A model generated the notes under the pieces. That model did no database searches, was not told where the DNA came from, and was given only the letters and a program-made list of their open reading frames with translations. The translations under genes were made by a program, and so were the position numbers. Positions 1 through 6,561 of a stretch of DNA of 24,505 nt are shown in pieces. The stretch comes from a virus. Taxonomy: Duplodnaviria; Heunggongvirae; Uroviricota; Caudoviricetes. How positions within the stretch are numbered: the first letter of the stretch is position 1; each line of letters opens with the position of its first letter. The DNA is taken from positions 1 through 24,505 of the IMG/VR virus record IMGVR_UViG_2548876862_000002; one strand, written 5' to 3'.

Positions 1-953
1 ACTTTACAATCTGACCATTCCACTCGCTTCATGCGAATAGGGTTTCGGTTGAGGATAGCCTGCTTAGCCAGGTAATCCACCTCTCCACCGGTTGTTGTGA
101 AATTAAGATGGGAAAACTCAAAAGTGCATTCACCTTCAAACTTCAGCGACTTATAAAGCGAGTAAAGATCGCTGTCGAATTTAAGAATGACGTTTTTATC
201 AACGATTACACGGGAGTTTTGCAGATTTCCTGCCTGTGAGGCCGTTCCTGGTATTGTATAAGTTTTCTTTGTTGCAGAGTGGCAAGGGAAATAAACATAG
301 CCATAGAGATTTACACTCTCCACCCATGCTGCAACAACGTTTGATTGATTGTAAGATGGCATAACGGTGATTGGTATCGGCTCAAATTTATCCACGCCAC
401 CGATCTTTTTCCATCCGTCAGGCTGAGCAAGAAGAATCAGCACTTCACTGGCAGAAGCACTCGGAGGGAGAATGGCTATAGGCTGCCCACTGTCATCCCA
501 GCCAAAAATCATATTCCGGCGACTTGATACCTTTGGCACCAGGTTTACACTGTTTTCAGGAACCCTAAGCGTATTTCTCTGAAGAGCACCGATGTTGAAC
601 ATCGCATGCTGAATAAGCATGGTCAGGTAGTCGAATGCATCCTCATGGACCTCTGCAAAAAATTTCCCCTGATTTCTTAAATCAGTTTCCTGCACTGCTG
701 GAAGGTTACGAGTGATTGATATTGTAATGCCTGGCAAAACAGGAGATGACGTAATAACGCTTCCACCGGAAGATAAGCCAGCACCTGTAACCATGTAATC
801 TGTCCCCAGGATCATTGGAGAAACAAGACCGTCAGCGGTTATTGTGCTTACATCAAGATCTGTGTCTTTAAAAATTCTGAAAGTATATGGGAATGATGTC
901 GTGACTCCATTCCCGAGATACTCATTGTGGCTGATTTCGGTTGAGACTGTCAT
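1..953 (-). CDS. Tailspike / tail fibre protein, N-terminal (virion-binding) part; 5' partial gene running off the left edge
   Basis: ATG at 953-951 preceded by GGAG (spacing about 9). Open frame to position 1, confirmed by manual translation (MTVSTEISHNEYLGNGVTTSFPYTFRIF...DLRNQGKFFAEVHEDAFDYLTM...). Not in the ORF track because there is no stop in the window. The N-terminal motif resembles conserved N-terminal domains of enterobacterial podovirus tailspikes (from memory). Confidence 0.55.
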   Translation of the reverse strand, partial: MTVSTEISHNEYLGNGVTTSFPYTFRIFKDTDLDVSTITADGLVSPMILGTDYMVTGAGLSSGGSVITSSPVLPGITISITRNLPAVQETDLRNQGKFFAEVHEDAFDYLTMLIQHAMFNIGALQRNTLRVPENSVNLVPKVSSRRNMIFGWDDSGQPIAILPPSASASEVLILLAQPDGWKKIGGVDKFEPIPITVMPSYNQSNVVAAWVESVNLYGYVYFPCHSATKKTYTIPGTASQAGNLQNSRVIVDKNVILKFDSDLYSLYKSLKFEGECTFEFSHLNFTTTGGEVDYLAKQAILNRNPIRMKRVEWSDCK

Positions 954-1111
954 GTTAATTCTCCAGATAGTCGCAGCACCCGTTGCGCCGCATATCCGGT
1001 TATTCTATTACCCGAAAAACCACATATGGATAGACAACCCATAAATACGAACAGATATTACCTTTCAGGTGATTCGCAAAACGTGCTGGATAGCAAACAA
1101 ATTATTTGCTA

Positions 1112-1127
1112 CTGTATAAATATACAG
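1112..1127 (+). promoter_or_regulatory. LexA (SOS) box CTGTATAAATATACAG, overlapping a TATAAA -10-like hexamer
   Basis: Exact fit to the CTGT-N8-ACAG LexA operator pattern with an AT-rich centre; the flanks (TA CTGT...ACAG TT) are close to the TACTGTATATATATACAGTA consensus. It lies 21 nt upstream of the ATG at 1149. Confidence 0.7.
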
Positions 1128-1148
1128 TTATTGCATGGAGAAGATAAG

Positions 1149-1406
1149 ATGCAGCAGTATCACTATCCACTGGAAGACGGATTTACCGAAAGGATTCACA
1201 CGCCGGGAGGCGTCAGGTCACTGGTGGAGGGATCGCACTTGATGAAATTACTCCGGGATCTCGATAAGGATGGATTTAATGTCGATGGCCCACTTGCCGA
1301 ACTGACTGCACTGATTAACTACGTCACCAGCTCGCAGATGTCTATGCAGGATCTGCAAACACATCTCGACTATTGTGCCGAACAATTACGAAAACAAACC
1401 AGATGA
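1149..1406 (+). CDS. Hypothetical 85-aa protein, putatively SOS-regulated; no family recognised
   Basis: Internal ATG (M42) of track ORF 1026..1406 with SD GGAG 8 nt upstream; the LexA box sits immediately upstream. Orientation is opposite to the phage late genes. Confidence 0.6.
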   Translation: MQQYHYPLEDGFTERIHTPGGVRSLVEGSHLMKLLRDLDKDGFNVDGPLAELTALINYVTSSQMSMQDLQTHLDYCAEQLRKQTR

Positions 1407-1424
1407 GGTTTGAAATTACCAAAT

Positions 1425-1508
1425 GGAGTGCTTATATTTACCTTTGCGGTAAATTTACATCGCACTCCTCTTGTGCCATAGTAATCGGGCACTGGCAAAA
1501 TCCAGTGC
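1425..1508 (+). repeat. Two stem-loops in the intergenic spacer: a nested inverted repeat (1425-1468) and a perfect 7-bp hairpin (1489-1508)
   Basis: GGAGTGC(1425-1431)...ATTTACC(1436-1442)-tttgc-GGTAAAT(1448-1454)...GCACTCC(1462-1468); GCACTGG(1489-1495)-caaaat-CCAGTGC(1502-1508). No U-tract follows either, so they are not classical terminators. Confidence 0.45.
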
Positions 1509-1593
1509 TGGGATTGGTCTCCCGGATTACTACAGAGTTAGTGCTACACTCATTGACGCCACATTGAGGTGGCTTATAGATGGAAATTTCACA

Positions 1594-1755
1594 ATGAAAA
1601 AAGCATTTGCTGCACTGTTCGTTTTGTTGTCTCTGGTAGCTTCAACTCAGGCCTTTGCCGGTAGTTGTCAGCACGACAGCGACACTGCTGCTGACGGCTC
1701 CCGCTGCGGTGGGCGTTCTGCGGATTCCCGCCCTGGCGGCGGTGGTATTCGTTAA
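1594..1755 (+). CDS. Small secreted peptide precursor (53 aa) with a predicted Sec signal peptide and a Cys/Gly-rich mature part of about 31 aa
   Basis: In-frame ATG (M42) of track ORF 1471..1755. N-terminus MKKAFAALFVLLSLVASTQAFA has a basic n-region, a hydrophobic core and an AxA cleavage motif. SD is weak (GGAAA). Stop TAA at 1753-1755 lies directly before the terminator hairpin. Confidence 0.4.
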   Translation: MKKAFAALFVLLSLVASTQAFAGSCQHDSDTAADGSRCGGRSADSRPGGGGIR

Positions 1756-1778
1756 AAACAAGGCCGCGAAAGCGGCCT
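1752..1778 (-). terminator. Intrinsic terminator shared by convergent transcripts; strongest on the minus strand
   Basis: GGCCGC-gaaa-GCGGCC hairpin (1762-1777). On the minus strand it is followed by TTGTTTTTAAC. On the plus strand it follows the 1594..1755 stop by 6 nt but lacks an immediate U-tract. Confidence 0.55.
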
Positions 1779-1786
1779 GTGACATG

Positions 1787-2083
1787 TCACGTTCCTTTTC
1801 TGAATGATAGCCGTTCGAAAAATGATGACATTCCACCGCAGACAATAGCAAAGATGATCCCACCAAAGAAGAGAAGGCCAGCCTGCCACCACTCCCACCG
1901 CCATACATCCACAGCGCCAACCATACCAACAATCGCTCCAACAAATGGAATATAGCTCACGATGAAAGCAATGGGGGCTGCAATTATCCAGTGCAATCCC
2001 CACCATGATTCAAGCCCAGCCATAATTGCTGCCAACTGAAAAAGACCAACGACGATATAAACAATGAATCCTATAGCTTGCAT
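1787..2083 (-). CDS. Small integral membrane protein (98 aa, about 3 predicted TM segments); holin-like or moron membrane protein
   Basis: ATG at 2083 with SD AGGTGA at spacing about 6. Sequence is dominated by hydrophobic stretches with a W-rich loop. It is the last gene before the minus-strand terminator. Confidence 0.6.
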   Translation of the reverse strand: MQAIGFIVYIVVGLFQLAAIMAGLESWWGLHWIIAAPIAFIVSYIPFVGAIVGMVGAVDVWRWEWWQAGLLFFGGIIFAIVCGGMSSFFERLSFRKGT

Positions 2084-2095
2084 GTAGTCACCTAT

Positions 2096-2269
2096 TTACC
2101 CAGTAAAAATCAGAGGCCTCCCCTCAATAAGGCTTGCAACAAGAACTATTCCCTGCACAACAAAGATGAACCAGCAAATAGCTTGAGTCTGAGGGTTAAG
2201 AAAATATTTGTAGCGGTCAATAAATAACAACCCACCAGAAATTATCACACTCAAAATAATTAAAAACAC
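2096..2269 (-). CDS. Candidate small hydrophobic protein (57 aa, GTG start) with two hydrophobic segments
   Basis: Hand-translated, not in the ORF track (under 60 aa). GTG at 2269-2267 with AAGGAAG upstream. Frame MFLIILSVIISGGLLFIDRYKYFLNPQTQAICWFIFVVQGIVLVASLIEGRPLIFTG, stop TAA at 2098-2096. It is in the same frame as, and 3 codons downstream of, the stop of the 824-aa gene. Confidence 0.25.
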   Translation of the reverse strand: MFLIILSVIISGGLLFIDRYKYFLNPQTQAICWFIFVVQGIVLVASLIEGRPLIFTG

Positions 2270-2278
2270 AACACTTCC

Positions 2279-4753
2279 TTATTGCGGAGTGACATCCTGA
2301 GGTCGCCACCAGTATGTCTGATTAAACTCTTTCTTCGAACGTTGCTCCATTTTACGCAAATAGCCTGGTGAAAAATACTCCTGCATCTGGTTAAAGATCA
2401 TATGATCGAGAGCCGCCTTTAAGTACCAGAGATTCGCACCTGGCATCAAACCTTTCCCCAGCTTCACCAGATCACCACCAGTCTGCTCACTCTTCCCTTC
2501 CACAGCATTTAACGGTATGCCCTGAGCAATCTTCACTACGTCATCAACCAGACCAGCTACCGGGCCAAGCATCGACGCCAGTGCGCCGCTTCCGTACCTA
2601 GTGTGATCTGACAATAAAAAGTCACCGTAAAGGCCAAGACCACCACCTTTCAGTAGAGCACCAAGCCAGAATTTTGCGGCATCTTCTCCTGTCATCTCTC
2701 GAGGATTACGACCAGACGCAAGGTCGTTAAGTTGCTGCGACAAAGCGCCAAGAATGGTCGTACTGGCAATAAACGTCGCAATATATGCCGCACGACCACC
2801 AGCAGACGGCATACCCATAGCGCGTGACCAGTGACGCATAACCACCGAGATAGGGAACGATTTAAACAGGAAAACACTTCTCGTTAATTCACCTTTCCAT
2901 GTTCCACGCTGAATACCAGAACCGGTTATCAGTTGCTCACGTGCTCCCGGTGTAATAACAGCCATATCAACTTCTTCAGTTACGGCACCGAGCAGTTTAC
3001 GCATTGCCTCAAATTTCACGCGTTCAGGCTCACCAAGATGTTTAACTGCTGAATCAGGGATACGCATAATGCTTTCTGGTGTCAGCATCGTATTATTGCC
3101 GTTCCCCCAGTCCTCCTGTTGCGCCAGCTTCCATACGCTCCAGTCTGTGTCAGTAATCCCTTTGCTTTTCAGGATGCGAAAATCAGAATCATCGAGGCTA
3201 CGAAGGTCTGGTGTCCGTGACACTACTTCTCCCAGGCTTCCCATCATGGTTACGCCATAGGCGCGCTTGTGCGCATCTGACCATGCTGTAAGCCCACTGG
3301 CACGCATTACCGCCGTTGCAGCCCAACGAGACACAGACGGCCCCATATTATCCATCGCCCAGCGGTTAACGCTGCCAAGTAGAGATTCCATCGCCAGACC
3401 AGCGCGGCGCGCCCGTGCAAGTTCTGTACGGTTCGTTGGGTCCATAGCTTCAAGCTGGTTGCGGAATAACTGGTTCATTGGAAGGTTGGTAACCTTCGCA
3501 GACAGATACATGGTTCCAAGATCAGAGAACGATGACAGCAACGCGGATCCGAGTCTGCTGGCAACCAACCAGTTGCGGATATTGTCAGACCATCGCGCGA
3601 TGTGCGGATTCGCTACAGGCTGTGTCTTTCCGGAAATAAAGTTGTACAGATTCTCTGTGTTGTTCGCCAGCCGCTCGACTTTACCGGTTTTACTCGGGTT
3701 AGCTGTTGCCGTTTCTGCCTTCACCTGATCAAGAAGAGAGCGGAAAACATGATCGGGGTTTGGGCCATATGTTTCGACCAGTGCAATATCTTTACTGATA
3801 CCTTCAAGGTGACCGACCATGATTTCCCATAGAGAGCGATCGCCATAAAGTTGCTGATATTGCAGATAGGAATCTGCATCTTTGAAATGTATCTGTCGTG
3901 ATGCATTACCACGGTTAGCACGTGCGCCGGAAATTCGCATTCCGGTATCAGTAAGCTTATTCAGCCCACCAGTAGCGATCGTGTTATAAGCCTCTCCAAG
4001 AAATGCAGACAACTCGGCATCGTTCATCAGTTGTCCATCGGCTCGGGTATAATATTTGCGATCCAGCTTACCTATAACATCGCTAACCCATTTATCTTTT
4101 GATACCGCCCCAACCTTTTCCATAGAATGATGTTGAGGGATCCCCCAGTTTTCGAGATAGCCAATGTCCCCACCAGCATCATTAAACCGGCGGCGAAGTA
4201 GATCTGTCACTTCTCTCCACGCCTTAGCACCTTTTCTTGCTTTAGCATTGCCAGTATTTTGCCCTCGCATTTCATATACCAGGTCACGCACGCCCGCTTC
4301 ATCTTCAAACAGGCCAAAAAAGCGAGGATCAACTGCTTCAAATGCCTCCTGCAATTGACTCAATGCATAATCACGAGTGGCTTTTGTTCTGGATTCAACA
4401 GAGAGGAAATTCGATTTACCGTCTGCATTAAAAGCAATAGTACGGTTAAGAGCGCCAAGTTTCCCATCAGCCCCTTGATAGCTATTGATAAATTTATCCA
4501 ATCTCTGACGTGCGGCTATAGTGAGGGCCACACGACGTTTCTTTAATGCCGCTTCTCGCTGTAATTCTTCAGATGCCAATTGTGCTGCACGATACAACCG
4601 TTCTGATTCGGAAAGTTGTCGCCACGACATCGGGTCATCACGAGCAATGGAGCGCATATTTCGATAAATGCGGTCTTCAATGTTCTGTATTTCTCGCGCC
4701 GTTAACGTGCGCTGCGCCGCCTGCTGGACCGCTTGTATACATTCCTGTCTCAT
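2279..4753 (-). CDS. Internal virion / ejection (core) protein, 824 aa
   Basis: ATG at 4753 with SD GAGAGG 9 nt upstream. It is the last large gene of the virion operon, in the position of the C-terminal part of a T7 gp16-like ejection protein. Function is inferred from position and size only. Confidence 0.6.
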   Translation of the reverse strand: MRQECIQAVQQAAQRTLTAREIQNIEDRIYRNMRSIARDDPMSWRQLSESERLYRAAQLASEELQREAALKKRRVALTIAARQRLDKFINSYQGADGKLGALNRTIAFNADGKSNFLSVESRTKATRDYALSQLQEAFEAVDPRFFGLFEDEAGVRDLVYEMRGQNTGNAKARKGAKAWREVTDLLRRRFNDAGGDIGYLENWGIPQHHSMEKVGAVSKDKWVSDVIGKLDRKYYTRADGQLMNDAELSAFLGEAYNTIATGGLNKLTDTGMRISGARANRGNASRQIHFKDADSYLQYQQLYGDRSLWEIMVGHLEGISKDIALVETYGPNPDHVFRSLLDQVKAETATANPSKTGKVERLANNTENLYNFISGKTQPVANPHIARWSDNIRNWLVASRLGSALLSSFSDLGTMYLSAKVTNLPMNQLFRNQLEAMDPTNRTELARARRAGLAMESLLGSVNRWAMDNMGPSVSRWAATAVMRASGLTAWSDAHKRAYGVTMMGSLGEVVSRTPDLRSLDDSDFRILKSKGITDTDWSVWKLAQQEDWGNGNNTMLTPESIMRIPDSAVKHLGEPERVKFEAMRKLLGAVTEEVDMAVITPGAREQLITGSGIQRGTWKGELTRSVFLFKSFPISVVMRHWSRAMGMPSAGGRAAYIATFIASTTILGALSQQLNDLASGRNPREMTGEDAAKFWLGALLKGGGLGLYGDFLLSDHTRYGSGALASMLGPVAGLVDDVVKIAQGIPLNAVEGKSEQTGGDLVKLGKGLMPGANLWYLKAALDHMIFNQMQEYFSPGYLRKMEQRSKKEFNQTYWWRPQDVTPQ

Positions 4754-4758
4754 TTAAT

Positions 4759-6561
4759 TTAACCTCTCAAGAAACACGCCACAGCAACATCAAACAGGCT
4801 GGAATCCTGTATTGCCTGCTCACTTTCCCTGTTCGCTTCATCCAGTACTTCACGCGCACTGCGCGATTGTGGATTACCATCATCATCCAGCACGGTGATT
4901 ATCATGTCCGGAGATTCAAGCAGCGAGTCTTCAGCTATACGCAGATCAATATCTCCTGCCGGATCTGCCATCATTTTTTGTTCTGTCTGTTGCAATATCT
5001 TACCGGGCTCAAAAGGAGCTACTTCGTCTGGCGTCCTGACCTCTGCTGTTTTATAGAATGAAACAGCCTGAGCATTAAGTTCACTTTCTGCCTGCTGTCG
5101 CCGTGCCAGTTCTGCTCGAGCTTCAAAAAACTGACCTCCAGGCTCGTGCGGCGCCAACGCGTTACGGGAAAATTCCAGGCGTTCTTGTGCCTGCCGGATT
5201 CGTTGGTCAATATCGCGAATTCTGGCCTGTTTATCTGATCGAGCACGAGACAAAGCTTTACCGCTACCAGTTGGCTCTTCTGCAAGAATTTGTGCGCGCT
5301 GTTCAGTGAGATTGTCGATAATTCGTTGGCTATTAGCGATTTCAGACTGGTAAACCTGTCTATCGCCACGCGGCAAAAGCTGCGCAGCCTGTTCTTCAAG
5401 CAACCGATTTTCGATAGCGCGCGCCGTTACTCCATCATCTACAGATGACAGAGCCTCATTAACTGCCTGAGACAGCAGATTCTTGCGCCCAGGAATTTCA
5501 CTGAAAGATGCAGACTCAACAATGCTGGCAACGTCTACAGGTCTCCCCTGGCTAACATCAGACATAGCTTTTCGCAGAGCCTGAATGTGAGAATTGCGCG
5601 AAAGCACGTTGATCGGCACGCCGGGAGCAATATCAATTTCAGCATGATGAGCGGCATTCGCCGCCAGTGCAGCATCGATATCAACTGGTGAAAAGTTTGG
5701 TGCGTTTGTAGACTCGCCGCGAGAGTTAATAAATCTGCCGACTCCACCAAAAGCCACCCCAAGAACAGCATCAATAGCAATTGCCTGTCGATCCAACACA
5801 TCATACTGGTTAGCCATTTCGCTATAGCCACCATCACGAAGCGTTTTTGCAGTAAGCCCGCGCTGTGCCATACCGAACGCAATATTTGTACCTGCGGCAT
5901 AGGCAATATCTGGCGTTGCACGTACTGCTGTTGCCGCGGCGCGTCGCACTGAACTTTCACCCGTCCGCGCAAGCTGAGCCGCCACACCTTCCGCTAGCGC
6001 ACCACCAGCACGTAACCCGAGACTCATAGGGATCAGTGTTCCGGCACCAGCAGTAATACCCTGCACTAATCCCGCTTCCTGCGCCGTCCTGAAATCAACC
6101 CCCTGCGCTGTCAGTCGTTCAAACTCAGAAAAACCCTGTAGCGAAGTTACCGCCGCAGCACCTCCGACCGGACCACCGAGCGTTGTACCGACAACAGCCT
6201 GCCCGCCCATATCGAACAACCCATAAAGAACCTGCCCTGCGGTTCCGGTTGTCGCGGCATCAGGCGTCAGCCGCTTAACCTGCTGCTCTGCTAGTTTTCT
6301 CTGCTCGGCAATGTATGAAACTGAAGTGTCATTGAGCGAGGTGTTTTCGTTAACAAACTGAGCAATCGGGGATACGATTTTATCCATCCCTGCCCATAGC
6401 AACTGATCTGGCTTTGCCACCAGCCCGGAGTACAAACCAGACAATGCCGCTCCTACAGCATTGTCGAAAAAACCAACATCGCTGTTAAAGCCAGCTGGAT
6501 TTGATGCTGCTTCGTCAAGCTGCTGATTCTGGTTTACTGGATTAAGGCCAAAGTAACTCAT
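4759..6561 (-). CDS. Internal virion / ejection protein, 600 aa (Ala/Gly-rich N-terminus, coiled-coil-like C-terminus)
   Basis: ATG at 6561 overlapping the upstream stop (ATGA). Positional inference. Confidence 0.6.
   Translation of the reverse strand: MSYFGLNPVNQNQQLDEAASNPAGFNSDVGFFDNAVGAALSGLYSGLVAKPDQLLWAGMDKIVSPIAQFVNENTSLNDTSVSYIAEQRKLAEQQVKRLTPDAATTGTAGQVLYGLFDMGGQAVVGTTLGGPVGGAAAVTSLQGFSEFERLTAQGVDFRTAQEAGLVQGITAGAGTLIPMSLGLRAGGALAEGVAAQLARTGESSVRRAAATAVRATPDIAYAAGTNIAFGMAQRGLTAKTLRDGGYSEMANQYDVLDRQAIAIDAVLGVAFGGVGRFINSRGESTNAPNFSPVDIDAALAANAAHHAEIDIAPGVPINVLSRNSHIQALRKAMSDVSQGRPVDVASIVESASFSEIPGRKNLLSQAVNEALSSVDDGVTARAIENRLLEEQAAQLLPRGDRQVYQSEIANSQRIIDNLTEQRAQILAEEPTGSGKALSRARSDKQARIRDIDQRIRQAQERLEFSRNALAPHEPGGQFFEARAELARRQQAESELNAQAVSFYKTAEVRTPDEVAPFEPGKILQQTEQKMMADPAGDIDLRIAEDSLLESPDMIITVLDDDGNPQSRSAREVLDEANRESEQAIQDSSLFDVAVACFLRG

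Noticed and set aside
1026-1406. 126-aa version of the SOS-regulated ORF starting at 1026
   Set aside because: That start lies upstream of the LexA box and promoter-like region and has no SD; the ATG at 1149 with GGAG at spacing 8 is the plausible start.
1779-1790. The GTGACATGTCAC palindrome as a CRP/FNR-type site
   Set aside because: Half-site spacing (GTGA-N4-TCAC) does not fit CRP (TGTGA-N6-TCACA) or FNR; kept only as an unexplained repeated palindrome.
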